Positions 38,436 through 47,909 of a stretch of DNA of 64,000 nucleotides are shown here, piece by piece. Each line of letters opens with the position of its first letter. Positions within the stretch are counted from its first letter, which is position 1. The stretch is from Hadesarchaea archaeon (GTDB lineage Archaea > Hadarchaeota > Hadarchaeia > Hadarchaeales > Hadarchaeaceae), in the NCBI GenBank assembly GCA_029259175.1, contig JAPDJH010000002.1, positions 1 through 64,000 of the forward strand. The letters run 5' to 3'. Both the position numbers and the translations under genes were made by a program. The notes beneath the pieces were generated by a model. That model worked only from the letters and a program-made list of their open reading frames with translations, made no database searches and was not told the origin of the DNA.

Positions 38436-39212
38436 ATGACCACGGTAATCGAGGATCTGCTGTCCGCCGTCGGAAGAAGGAAGGAATTTATCGCCGGGCT
38501 CAAACTCTCAAAAGTTTCCGTGAGCCTGTGCTACACCGCCGTGATGCTCAGCAATGGATACGTGGGACTCTGTCATACACCCACCGAGGATATCCCCCAC
38601 GTGCACACCCGCCGGACGAGGAACTTCCACGAGATGGACGTGGAAGAGGCAGTCTCGCTTGCATCCTCCACGGATTTCTTGGAGAGGGTGGTGGGAATCG
38701 CCACCGTTAATGCGCTGTCGCAATATCTCATGGATCAGCAGAACTATCCGCGCGAGATGGAACGCGATGTTTTCGACGCTCTGGATTTGCGCGGGTGCGA
38801 GGAGGCCGTCGTCGTGGGATACATCCGACCACTGGTTGGCAAGCTAAGAGGAAAGGTGAAAACCGTGAGGGTCTTCGAGCGCAACCCCCAGCTCCGGGGC
38901 GACGCCCTGCCTGACACACTTGCGGACCAGTTCCTTCCTCGGGCCGACGCGGTGGTCATTTCAGGTTCTGCAGTAGTAAACGGGAGCATCGATCGGTTGC
39001 TCGACCTCTCCAGGAATGCTCGAATCGTCGCGTTGGCCGGGCCCACAGCGAGTTTTGTCCCAGAACCTCTCTTCCGAAGGGGGGTCAGCGTTATAGCGGG
39101 TGTTTGGGCGAAAGGCGACGCGGCGGTGCGGGCGGTGGCGGAGGCAAAATCTTTCAGAGAAATCAAACCCTTGGTAAAAAAATACGTGATCAGAAAAAGT
39201 GGTAAAGCGTAA
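38436..39212 (+). CDS. DUF364 Rossmann-like putative metal-chelation protein
   Basis: GIATVNAL, ADAVVISGSAVVNG, GPTAS. Confidence 0.85.
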   Translation: MTTVIEDLLSAVGRRKEFIAGLKLSKVSVSLCYTAVMLSNGYVGLCHTPTEDIPHVHTRRTRNFHEMDVEEAVSLASSTDFLERVVGIATVNALSQYLMDQQNYPREMERDVFDALDLRGCEEAVVVGYIRPLVGKLRGKVKTVRVFERNPQLRGDALPDTLADQFLPRADAVVISGSAVVNGSIDRLLDLSRNARIVALAGPTASFVPEPLFRRGVSVIAGVWAKGDAAVRAVAEAKSFREIKPLVKKYVIRKSGKA

Positions 39213-39234
39213 CGTGTTGGGTTTTTGTCCAGAG

Positions 39235-40065
39235 CTAACCGAACACCAAGCTTGCTGCTATTCCAACGAGCAAACCGAAGACCACGTTGAAAATCTTCAC
39301 CAGCACCGAATCCCGTATGGTGTAGGAAAGCAGCGGAAGCATGCCGTGTCCGTCCTGAACCACTGAGCTCGTCAGCAACACGGAAAACGGAATGGCTCCG
39401 TCCGCGTAGAGAAGTACGAACGGGATGTGGGGTCCGGAGCCGGGTATCAGCCCAACTACGGCAGCGGAGAAAATCAGCAGGGGGAGGGGAAGACGTGAGA
39501 TGGTGGGCTCCAAGTTCGGGATGAGGCGGATCACGAGCAGGGCCCCCAGCAACCACGCGAAGAGTTTGGGGAGGTGCTGCTTGATGATGTGGTTGAAAAC
39601 GTGCTCCTTCACGAAGTGGCGGAGCTCGGTGCGCTCACGCTCGATGCGATGAACTTTGATCACGCACTTCTTGTCTCTGGTTATTCCGAATTTCCGAACG
39701 ATCGAGTCCGTCAGGAAACCGCCCAAGATCCCGAGCACAAACAACAGGGCGAACAGCGCCAGCGCAGTCGCAGGAAATTTGGCCAACATCACGAACGCTT
39801 CATCCCCCGAAGTAGAAATCATGCAGGCTGTTATTGCCCCCATGCTCAGGAATCCGTGCACGTAAAGCGAAACGCTGGCAAAAGCCCCAACACAGCCCGG
39901 AGTGGCTCCGAGGAAAGAGGCGAGGAGATACTGCCTTAGCGGTCCTCGGGTCATCCACTTGCTCATGCGCTTCTGGGTCCGGAGTTCGATGTATTCGATC
40001 ACCGTCATCAGAACGAACACTATGGCTAAGATGTGGATGGTTTCGCGCAGGACTTCGATTATCAT
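39235..40065 (-). CDS. Putative manganese transporter (DUF2899-like)
   Basis: LGATPGCVG, TSGDEAF, IPGSGPH, QDGHGMLP. Confidence 0.8.
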   Translation of the reverse strand: MIIEVLRETIHILAIVFVLMTVIEYIELRTQKRMSKWMTRGPLRQYLLASFLGATPGCVGAFASVSLYVHGFLSMGAITACMISTSGDEAFVMLAKFPATALALFALLFVLGILGGFLTDSIVRKFGITRDKKCVIKVHRIERERTELRHFVKEHVFNHIIKQHLPKLFAWLLGALLVIRLIPNLEPTISRLPLPLLIFSAAVVGLIPGSGPHIPFVLLYADGAIPFSVLLTSSVVQDGHGMLPLLSYTIRDSVLVKIFNVVFGLLVGIAASLVFG

Positions 40066-40503
40066 TCACCTCACCTCTTCACACTTGGGATCCGGGAAGA
40101 TCGGCTTGTTGCAGGGGCACAGGCGGGGGTGCCCATAGGCCCGGCATATGGAATTGACCAGTTCCTCCGAAACGTGGTAGTCCAGCCTGGAGGCTTCTTG
40201 GCAGGCCTTCTCCTTATCATGTCCCAAGAAGTTCGCTAGCAAGACTTCAAGGATCCGGTGCTTTCTCAGGAGCTTTTGGGTTATTTTGATACCCTTGGGG
40301 GTGAGTTCTACTCCACGATACCGGTGGTGGATGACGAGCTTTTTCCTAGAGAGGTTCCGGAGGACCTCCGTCACGCTGGCTGGGCGAACCCCGAAGAACT
40401 TGGCTAAAGAGGTGGTTTTTACTCTTCTAGACTCCTCATACTGCTGTCTGTAGATGAACTTGAGGTGCTTCGCCTCGTTCTCGGTCACTTCAATTTTTGT
40501 CAT
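40066..40503 (-). CDS. DtxR/MntR metal-dependent repressor
   Basis: PASVTE, RKHRILE, EASRLDY, HPRLCP. Confidence 0.92.
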   Translation of the reverse strand: MTKIEVTENEAKHLKFIYRQQYEESRRVKTTSLAKFFGVRPASVTEVLRNLSRKKLVIHHRYRGVELTPKGIKITQKLLRKHRILEVLLANFLGHDKEKACQEASRLDYHVSEELVNSICRAYGHPRLCPCNKPIFPDPKCEEVR

Positions 40504-40509
40504 CAAAAA

Positions 40510-40528
40510 ATTTAGGTAATCCCTAAAT
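40510..40528. promoter_or_regulatory. DtxR/MntR box
   Basis: ATTTAGG-taatc-CCTAAAT immediately upstream of the repressor start. Confidence 0.75.
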
Positions 40529-40717
40529 AAAAAGATCCATCATGAGGGAAGGACCGACTTACACTATGGGGAGGAATGGGCGCTCTCATGGGGCGATTCC
40601 TGATCAGGCCCCGAAGCTTCACAAGAAAGTGGACACCGAGCGGCAACGGCCTCGTTCGTTTTGTTTATAGGGAGTTCTAGTTATGAAAATGATGAAGTAC
40701 TCGCCGGGGGTTGGCAG

Positions 40718-41380
40718 ATGAGAATCGAGGAGCTCCGGGCACTAATGGAGAAATATGCCAAGATGAAGGGGTACCGATTGAATCCAGATGAGGAAACGGT
40801 CATGACTGTTCTGCAGGGGCTGCTGAAGAACGAGGAAAGGTACGGGTATCGGTACTGTCCGTGCCGGCCGGTAACGGGTGACCGACAGGCCGATCTGCCG
40901 AAGATCTGTCCATGCAAGTGGCATCAGGAGGAGATAAGGCAGATGGGCCGCTGTCTCTGTGGTTTGTTTGTGAGCGGAGTGGATGAGGAGCTCGAGCGAA
41001 TAAAGGAGCGCAAGCTCAAAGAATTGGAGCGGCGTTTGATCGAGCGGCGCAAGTCTCTGGCAGAACCGGCAATCCTCACGGATGCAACCTTTGATCGCTT
41101 CATCCGGGAGCACCCGGCGGCGGTCGTGGATTTCTGGGCCGAGTGGTGCATGCCGTGCAAGCTGCTGGCCCCGGTGATCGAGGAGCTGGCTAGGCGGTAT
41201 GCTGGCAAGGTCGCCTTCGGGAAGCTCAACGTGGACGAACACCCGCGGACTGCCGCGCGGTTTGGTATAAGCGCCATCCCCATCTTGATCTTTTTCAAGA
41301 ATGGGAGGCCGGTCGATCAAGTGGTGGGGGTCGCTCCCCGAGGCGAGCTCGAATCCAGGATCGCCAGGCTGCTCCGGTGA
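40718..41380 (+). CDS. Ferredoxin:thioredoxin reductase catalytic domain fused to thioredoxin
   Basis: YCPCR, ICPC, RCLCGLF; linker; DFWAEWCMPC, IP. Confidence 0.9.
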   Translation: MRIEELRALMEKYAKMKGYRLNPDEETVMTVLQGLLKNEERYGYRYCPCRPVTGDRQADLPKICPCKWHQEEIRQMGRCLCGLFVSGVDEELERIKERKLKELERRLIERRKSLAEPAILTDATFDRFIREHPAAVVDFWAEWCMPCKLLAPVIEELARRYAGKVAFGKLNVDEHPRTAARFGISAIPILIFFKNGRPVDQVVGVAPRGELESRIARLLR

Positions 41381-41389
41381 GCGGCTTGT

Positions 41390-41728
41390 TCACTGAGTTT
41401 TGAATTCCTTCAGAGCCTGAAGGGCAAACTTGGAGTATGCGAGGGAAGGTCCTCCGCCCATGACCACCGCGATGTAGCACGTTTCGACGATTTCCTGCTC
41501 CGTTGCTCCGGCTTCCAGCGCCTTTTTCACGTGGGTGGCAATGCACCACTCGCAGCCGCGCACGATTCCCCCAGCAAGCGCGATTAATCTCTTGGTTTTC
41601 GCTGAGAGGGCGCCGTCTTCAAAGGCATGTCTGAGAAATACGTTGAACTGTCCTCCCACTCGTGGGGAGCGCTTCCCAAGCTCTTCAGCCACTTCGTTCA
41701 GTTCTTTTGCCAGTTTTTCCATTTCCAC
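41390..41728 (-). CDS. Carboxymuconolactone decarboxylase/AhpD-family protein
   Basis: GALSAKTKRLIAL, CEWCIATH, MGGGP. Confidence 0.9.
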   Translation of the reverse strand: MEMEKLAKELNEVAEELGKRSPRVGGQFNVFLRHAFEDGALSAKTKRLIALAGGIVRGCEWCIATHVKKALEAGATEQEIVETCYIAVVMGGGPSLAYSKFALQALKEFKTQ

Positions 41729-41939
41729 TTTTTCACCTCTTTAACCCTTAAAACACCGTTTTTTAGCTTTACGGAATAATCCATATTCATCATAGTGTGA
41801 AGTAATCAAGCGTGGGATTTACTGTTGGGGATAGTTAAATCTTGTTCGTCGCCGAGCGTCACCGTTTTCCCACTTCCTCTTTGGTAAGCACATCATTACG
41901 GGAACAACAACGCACTGCGCTACCAGCGGCGGTTTTTAT

Positions 41940-42509
41940 TCACCCCCAACGCCCTCGTCCCCCATGTTTTTCGGAATTCCCCGTTCGGCCGACAAACCGC
42001 GTGTAGAAAAGGTGGAAGAGGAGTCCAATCGCCGCTACGCCCGCGAAGGCGAAGAGTATCCTCACTCCCACCACGTACGCTCCGAAAACCGCCAGCCCGC
42101 AGAAGAGCTGTCCCACTTCCACCGTGGTGGTCGCAACGAGCATTGTTATCAGCGGAAGGAATTTCACCCCTCCGTCTTTGAAACCTCTGATTATCGGGTA
42201 TGACACGACGGGACAGGGGGGCAGAACGGACCCCACAATGCCCGCGTTGACGACCCCGCGCGCTTCGCTTCCTCCTTTTCCGAACCACTTGCCGACCCGT
42301 TGGGGGGTGAGCAGGTTTTTTACAGCCGCTCCGACAAAAATCGCGGCGATGAGGGGCAGCATCAGCTTTTCAATTTCCTTCAGGCTTTGGGTTACTGCGC
42401 GCTGAAAAGCACCGGGATCCAGCAGAGCCATACCTGCGTAAAGAATCACTGCTGCAAAGAGAACGGCGCGCAGCCCCCATGTTTCGCCCAGCGATCTCCA
42501 CGAAATCAT
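41940..42509 (-). CDS. Half-size permease (DUF318-like)
   Basis: TM segments; GSVLPPCPVVSYP. Confidence 0.75.
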   Translation of the reverse strand: MISWRSLGETWGLRAVLFAAVILYAGMALLDPGAFQRAVTQSLKEIEKLMLPLIAAIFVGAAVKNLLTPQRVGKWFGKGGSEARGVVNAGIVGSVLPPCPVVSYPIIRGFKDGGVKFLPLITMLVATTTVEVGQLFCGLAVFGAYVVGVRILFAFAGVAAIGLLFHLFYTRFVGRTGNSEKHGGRGRWG

Positions 42510-42513
42510 TGGC

Positions 42514-43104
42514 TCACCCCAGCAGGAAGTAGACTAAGAATCCCGCCACGAGGGCTGCGAGGTAGGTGAGGGCGATTCTCAGCGCCATGATTCGGTGGTC
42601 GAAATAAGTCAGATCACAGGACAGGTAGCAGGGAAAAGCCAGGCCAGCTCCGAAGAGCATCCCCATGATTCCCGGGAAACCCGCCCCCGCCGCCCACAGC
42701 CCTGCGATCAGTGGATACGAGACAAACGGACAGGCGGGGAGCACACTCCCTATTCCGACCCCAAGCAATACCGCGATGGGCCCTGCCTGTTCTCCCAGAT
42801 ATCCGGCGAGGATTTCTTTGGGCACGAGAGTCACGGCCGCTCCCGCGATGAAGAGCGCCGCGAGAATGAATGGGAAGAGTTTTTTCAGGGTCGAGAACGA
42901 GTCGCGAATGCTCTTTCTTGCCATGGTGGGGCTAGTCAGGCTCAACAGCAGATAAAGAGAAACGCCGAAAACGATCATGACGTGAATGAGGGGATTCTTT
43001 CCAAACCAGAGGGGCACAGTCCCGCGAAGGGGGCCGAGGAAGGCCCAGCTGCCAATCGCCGTGATCGCGATCACACTCATGGTTGCCGCTCTTTTTCGAT
43101 TCAT
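42514..43104 (-). CDS. Half-size permease (DUF318-like)
   Basis: TM segments; GSVLPACPFVSYP. Confidence 0.75.
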   Translation of the reverse strand: MNRKRAATMSVIAITAIGSWAFLGPLRGTVPLWFGKNPLIHVMIVFGVSLYLLLSLTSPTMARKSIRDSFSTLKKLFPFILAALFIAGAAVTLVPKEILAGYLGEQAGPIAVLLGVGIGSVLPACPFVSYPLIAGLWAAGAGFPGIMGMLFGAGLAFPCYLSCDLTYFDHRIMALRIALTYLAALVAGFLVYFLLG

Positions 43105-43142
43105 GCGCTCAGTTTATTGCTGTAAATAGGTTAATTTAAGCA

Positions 43143-43170
43143 TTTTGTTTACTAGAAGCGGTTAACAAAA
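43143..43170. promoter_or_regulatory. Spaced palindrome in a divergent promoter
   Basis: TTTTGTTTAC-N8-GTTAACAAAA. Confidence 0.4.
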
Positions 43171-43215
43171 ATCCATATAAAGAAAAGCCGAGTGGAATGA
43201 GGGGGGCGGTTAGAG

Positions 43216-44001
43216 GTGAGTGGAGTCTCGGACGTGTACGCCCGCGTCCGCGAGGAGTTCGAGAAGTTGGTCAGAAATCATCAGATCGGCGGCGAACCGG
43301 TCTACTGCGAGGTGCTGGCCAAGGGATTCGTCGGAAAGGCTCCGGCTAGGGATGACATGGTGTATTTCGAGATGCCGTCCTCCGATTACGCCTTGGTGAG
43401 AGGCAAGGAGGTTCTGTTGAGGTGCAGGTTCAGAGACGCGTGGGGGGATGCTTTCACGGATGAGCCGAAACGATACAGGGGCACGGTAGAGGAGGTGATC
43501 CGCTTACCTTTTACCTCCTCCTCCGCCCGAGCCGTGTTTTTCGCCACGCTCAACGCGGTCTGCAGCTCTCTGGGCTTGGTCAGCGGAGGCGTCCACTGTA
43601 AGGAGGGGGATCCGGAGCGGTGCGGCGAAAAGCTGGTCGAACACCTCCGGGCGCAGTTCGGTAAGGAGGTCACGGTTGCGCACATCGGCTACCAGCCAGG
43701 CCACGTGGGGGCGCTGGGCAAATCTTTCAAAACGCTGGTCACCGATCTGGACCCTGAGAACATCGGAAAAGTGAAGTCGGGCGTTCCCATTCTGGATGGT
43801 GGGGAGAACGAGAGCGTGATCCAGAAAGCAGACGTGGTTTGTATAACAGGGAGCGCTCTGGTGAACGGGACGTTTCCGGAGCTGCTCGAGTGGGCCCGCC
43901 GGTATTCGACCGCGGTGCTGGTGTATGGAGTGTCAGCGATCGGGGCCTGCCGCCTTTTGAACCTCCCTTTTTTCTGTCCTTATGTGCGAAAATCTGCTTA
44001 G
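43216..44001 (+). CDS. DUF364-like Rossmann protein
   Basis: RAVFFATLNA, HC...C, IGYQP, ITGSALVNGT. Confidence 0.8.
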   Translation: MSGVSDVYARVREEFEKLVRNHQIGGEPVYCEVLAKGFVGKAPARDDMVYFEMPSSDYALVRGKEVLLRCRFRDAWGDAFTDEPKRYRGTVEEVIRLPFTSSSARAVFFATLNAVCSSLGLVSGGVHCKEGDPERCGEKLVEHLRAQFGKEVTVAHIGYQPGHVGALGKSFKTLVTDLDPENIGKVKSGVPILDGGENESVIQKADVVCITGSALVNGTFPELLEWARRYSTAVLVYGVSAIGACRLLNLPFFCPYVRKSA

Positions 44002-44056
44002 CGTTTTCGTTCTGTACAGCTTTAATTCCGCAAGAGAAAACAGAAGTGGTGCGACG

Positions 44057-44470
44057 ATGAGCTCTAGAAGGTCCTATCTCACTCCTCGCCAAATCCAAGT
44101 CCTCGAGCTCAAAATTCGGGGAAACAGCGTGTCACAGATTGCGCGAAAGTTAAGAACTAGCCGGTCCAACGTGAGCCGCCTGCTCAAAACGGCCGAAGAA
44201 AACATAGAGCGTGCGAAGAACACTCTGAAGCTTTTGGAAACTCTCGAGTGGCCGGTAAAGGTGGTGGCTCGAAAGAACGCGAACATCTATGAAGTGGCCG
44301 AACGTGTTTTTAAGTCGGCCGATCAGCGCGGGATAAAAATCGCTCACAACTATGCCGAAGTTGTGCGAATCATAACCGAGTTCTTGGGTCGCAGGGGTTT
44401 GAGGCGGAGGAGGGCTTTGCGTTCGTTCGTTGTCGTGGTCAGCGCGGATGGAAAACTCGAGGTCATTTAG
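44057..44470 (+). CDS. tfx: Tfx-family DNA-binding protein
   Basis: LTPRQIQVLEL, IARKLRTSRSNVS, AEENIERAKNTL. Confidence 0.88.
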   Translation: MSSRRSYLTPRQIQVLELKIRGNSVSQIARKLRTSRSNVSRLLKTAEENIERAKNTLKLLETLEWPVKVVARKNANIYEVAERVFKSADQRGIKIAHNYAEVVRIITEFLGRRGLRRRRALRSFVVVVSADGKLEVI

Positions 44471-44512
44471 AACCTGAAAACTTCTTTACTCGAGCAATTC
44501 CAATATTTCTGG

Positions 44513-45157
44513 ATGCGCACGATTACAGTGTCACAGATGAAAAAAATTGAGCAGCGCGCGGAGCGGATTGGGATTTCGCCTCTGCTTCTAATGGAAAATG
44601 CGGGACGGGCAGTTGCGGAAACCGTGCTGAGTTTTCATCCGAAACGGGCTCTGGTCTTAGCTGGATCGGGAAACAATGGGGGAGATGGGTTTGTTGCCGC
44701 TCGGCATCTGCTCTCAGCTGGTGTGAAGGTTCGTGTTTGGTTACTAGGCTCGTTTTCCAAGCTGCGCACACCGGAGACGCGAATCAACGCCCAAGCGCTT
44801 CGCCGGCTCGATCGAAGCGTGATTTCTTGCTTGCGATCCACCAAGGATTTAACACGGCTCAAGCGCGATTTGTTGACCGCGGATGTCGTGATCGACGCGA
44901 TGTTGGGCACCGGAATCAGGGGAGAGCTGCGAGAACCCTTTTTTACGGTCGTGCAGCTGGTCAACTCTGCACGCAAACCGGTCGTGGCCGTTGACGTGCC
45001 GACGGGGGTTGATCCCACGACCGGAGCGATTGCGGGCGCTGCTGTTCGAGCCACCATAACTGTTAGTTTTCATGCTGTCAAGCGGGGATTGCTGAAGGCC
45101 CGTGAGCACGCTGGAGAAATCCGAGTGGCGAGTATCGGGATTCCACCCAACTTGTGA
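44513..45157 (+). CDS. nnrE: NAD(P)H-hydrate epimerase
   Basis: LMENAG, GNNGGDG, DAMLGTG, AVDVPTG. Confidence 0.93.
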   Translation: MRTITVSQMKKIEQRAERIGISPLLLMENAGRAVAETVLSFHPKRALVLAGSGNNGGDGFVAARHLLSAGVKVRVWLLGSFSKLRTPETRINAQALRRLDRSVISCLRSTKDLTRLKRDLLTADVVIDAMLGTGIRGELREPFFTVVQLVNSARKPVVAVDVPTGVDPTTGAIAGAAVRATITVSFHAVKRGLLKAREHAGEIRVASIGIPPNL

Positions 45158-45158
45158 C

Positions 45159-45806
45159 TCACCACATTCGTTTGATCGCCCACACTGCGAAAAACCCGAC
45201 GAGACCGAAGAGAAATCCTAGTGAGTGGCCCAGCACATCGATTCCCGGCGCCATTCCGAAAAACTCTGCGGGGGCCAGGAGCAACCTGAGGGGGATCACG
45301 ATGATGAAGCTCAGATTGAGCGCTCCACGACCTGCTGCACCCCATGCTCGCACGTTCAAACGATCTGATCTGAGCGATTGGAGCGCGCGGAGAAATCTCT
45401 CCCAGTTGCGTGCCGAGCTCAGAGACGCAACGGAATAGGTGATGCCGAGCACAGCATACACCATCCCTGAGGCACCTCGTGATGTTAGATTTGTGGTTCC
45501 TTTGAGTTCCCACATGATGAGTTCGATGGCATTGGTCAGAAATGCAGCTCCAAAGGCGACTAGAAAGAGCATGAGAGTGATGGTTCGTCGATCTTTAGGG
45601 GGGAGAGAGCTCGTGAAAATAATGAAGAAAGCCATCCATGTGAGGAAGCCGTAGACGTTGTTTAGCAAGTGGTCTGGATTTTCGTGAACGAACACCGAAG
45701 TTATTATTCCCCACGGTCGATCGGCGGAAAGGGAGAGAGCGTCTTTCAGCTCTAGGGCCGAGCACAGGCCGAAACAAAGAAAGTTGAGCCCTAGGAAGAC
45801 CAGCAC
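45159..45806 (-). CDS. Rhomboid intramembrane serine protease (start may be ~45851)
   Basis: FVH..DHLLNN, GASG, GHSLG. Confidence 0.85.
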   Translation of the reverse strand: MLVFLGLNFLCFGLCSALELKDALSLSADRPWGIITSVFVHENPDHLLNNVYGFLTWMAFFIIFTSSLPPKDRRTITLMLFLVAFGAAFLTNAIELIMWELKGTTNLTSRGASGMVYAVLGITYSVASLSSARNWERFLRALQSLRSDRLNVRAWGAAGRGALNLSFIIVIPLRLLLAPAEFFGMAPGIDVLGHSLGFLFGLVGFFAVWAIKRMW

Positions 45807-45863
45807 TAGCAGTAAAAGCGGCTCGTACCCTCGGATCGATTTTGTTTTGATGGTCTCACCCTT

Positions 45864-46724
45864 TCAAGGTTTTCTCGCAATGATTCCGGCGGCGACTTGT
45901 TTTTTCGTTTCAAATCCGGCTTCTTTTAGTCGTTTGTTTACTCCGGCAACCAATTTTTTCCTTCTCCATTTTCCGGGATCGCCCACATAGTGATAGAGCC
46001 ATCCGCCGGGTTTGAGCACTCGGAAGAGTTCGTCGTAGAACGACTTGGAATAGAGCTCGCCGGCAAGGGCGAAACGCGGGGGGTCGTGCAGGATTCGGTG
46101 GAAGTGGTTTTTGGGCAGCTCTGGCACTAGCGTTGCTGCGTTTTCGAGCCACAGGTGGATGTGAGGGGCGGCAAGTTCGTGTGACCAGGGATTCACCTCA
46201 GCCATCTCGAGCACGTGTGGATCGATCTCCACGGTGGTCACCTCGGCTCCCTGCCGGTACGCGATTATGGATGTGTAGCCTAGCCCGGTTCCTATGTCTA
46301 GGATCCGAGCCCCGTCGAATACGCGAAGTGCACGGACCTTTTCCAGAGCGTCCCGCCAAGGCGTTATGTTTTCGATTCGGTGCATGTGGATGCCCGAGAC
46401 TTCTAGGGTGGGTGCCCGATCCGGTCCCACAGCGAGCAGGCGATAGTAGCGCCCATTCGCGTAAAAAGCCACTTTGAACACGTTTCCTTCTTTTACCATG
46501 CACACATCGCCGGTTTTCATCTTGTCGAGGATCTCTAGTTCCACTATCGAACCATCTGGGAACACAACACCACTTTCGTTCAGTTTCACTTCGCTTTTGG
46601 TCAGCCCCAGATCGAGGCTGATTTTGACGTTTGCTTTCTTCTCTCCCAGTGCTCGCTTGAGGACGTCGACCGTTTCGCGCACGAGCAATATGGCGGCTTT
46701 CGGGCGGAATGTGTAGCGCTTCAT
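45864..46724 (-). CDS. Archaeal SAM-dependent methyltransferase (COG2521-like)
   Basis: SLDLG, PTLEVSGIHMH, GTGLGYT, NPWS, HDPPRF..AGELYS. Confidence 0.88.
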   Translation of the reverse strand: MKRYTFRPKAAILLVRETVDVLKRALGEKKANVKISLDLGLTKSEVKLNESGVVFPDGSIVELEILDKMKTGDVCMVKEGNVFKVAFYANGRYYRLLAVGPDRAPTLEVSGIHMHRIENITPWRDALEKVRALRVFDGARILDIGTGLGYTSIIAYRQGAEVTTVEIDPHVLEMAEVNPWSHELAAPHIHLWLENAATLVPELPKNHFHRILHDPPRFALAGELYSKSFYDELFRVLKPGGWLYHYVGDPGKWRRKKLVAGVNKRLKEAGFETKKQVAAGIIARKP

Positions 46725-47866
46725 GCTGTCCCCACGATTTGGAGTGCCAGTTCTATGGCGCGAGTCGGAGAGGGCACGATCACAGCCCCGCACTCTGCTA
46801 GCTTTTTTTCTTGGCTGGTGCGAGAGGGGGTGTCGCCGTCGGTGCCCAGAACGGTTCCGATAACGCTCAGATATCCACCTGTGTCTTCTACGGTTTGCTT
46901 GGCCTTTCTGATGGCTTCTCCTATTATTGTTGCGGGGTTTGGGTGTCCTCCTCGCCCAAGTTCGAGGTCGAATACGATGACGGCCAATCCCAGGTCGCTC
47001 GATTCTTTTATCATTCTGGATGCCAATGGGGCCGGATCCATCAGCAACTCCTGTTCGCCCGTGAATTCGGCGGCGCTCATGTCGACGAGCGCGTGCCCCC
47101 GACTGGAGTGAGGATCCGCCAACCGGTTGCGTGGTTTCAACGGCACATTGGAGTAGGGCGTTTTTCCACGTTTTTCGAGCACGACTTGAGCTTCAGCACA
47201 GAGAAAGCGTCCCGTGTACAGCCCGCGGATGTGTCGCTGACCATAAGCGAGTTCTGCAGATTCGCGCTCTACGATTTTTTTCGCAGCCGTTTCATTGGGA
47301 AGTTGGTGGTTTAGTGCGGAAGCCATCTTTCCGGCCGTTTCGAGTAGGGTTTGAGAGATTCGCCTTGAGGGGAGGTGATCCGGCATACAAAAGAAGCAAG
47401 GTTTATCTAATGTGTTCACGGCTTCCATGATCTTTCGCTCCACCGTTGTGGCCGGAGTGAGGCCCACCACCCCTATGACCTCGACTTTAGGATCCTCGTT
47501 TAGAAATCGAAGCGCTTGGATGGTGCTGCTCCCCGCAATCCTTTGAGATAGATCGCGGGCCCCCACATAGAGAACATGTCTGATCCCCACCGGGGCCAGC
47601 AGAACAGACAAGCCTCTCAGCCCGGAAGTGGTGGTGCCGACGAGCCCGACCGGACCGGGTGGAAGGGCATTCCAGCTCCCGAACCGGAGATCTCCAACTA
47701 TGGAGAAGGAGCACCTGGGCCCCAGAAGCAGTACTTCGCGTTCACCCGCAAGCCGCTTTATCTCGCTTTCCTCTTCGATGGTTAAATCGCAGCGCAGAAC
47801 CACGTGTTTTTTCGAGTTGATGGCCTCGACCGCTTGCGTGCGGCTGTGTGCTTCCGCAACTTCCAT
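46721..47866 (-). CDS. Divergent FdrA-like acyl-CoA synthetase homolog
   Basis: LLLGPRCS, VGARDLS, IRGLYTG..LCAEA, DLELGRGGHPNPA, LGTDGD. Confidence 0.7.
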   Translation of the reverse strand: MEVAEAHSRTQAVEAINSKKHVVLRCDLTIEEESEIKRLAGEREVLLLGPRCSFSIVGDLRFGSWNALPPGPVGLVGTTTSGLRGLSVLLAPVGIRHVLYVGARDLSQRIAGSSTIQALRFLNEDPKVEVIGVVGLTPATTVERKIMEAVNTLDKPCFFCMPDHLPSRRISQTLLETAGKMASALNHQLPNETAAKKIVERESAELAYGQRHIRGLYTGRFLCAEAQVVLEKRGKTPYSNVPLKPRNRLADPHSSRGHALVDMSAAEFTGEQELLMDPAPLASRMIKESSDLGLAVIVFDLELGRGGHPNPATIIGEAIRKAKQTVEDTGGYLSVIGTVLGTDGDTPSRTSQEKKLAECGAVIVPSPTRAIELALQIVGTA

Positions 47867-47909
47867 CGGATAATTGTCGGTGCGGTGGCTTTTTTTGATT
47901 TTAGGAAGG

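Noticed and set aside
35311-43104. Selenocysteine or pyrrolysine read-through in redox proteins
   Set aside because: Redox motifs are Cys-encoded and the ORFs look full length; in-frame stops were seen only in IS pseudogenes
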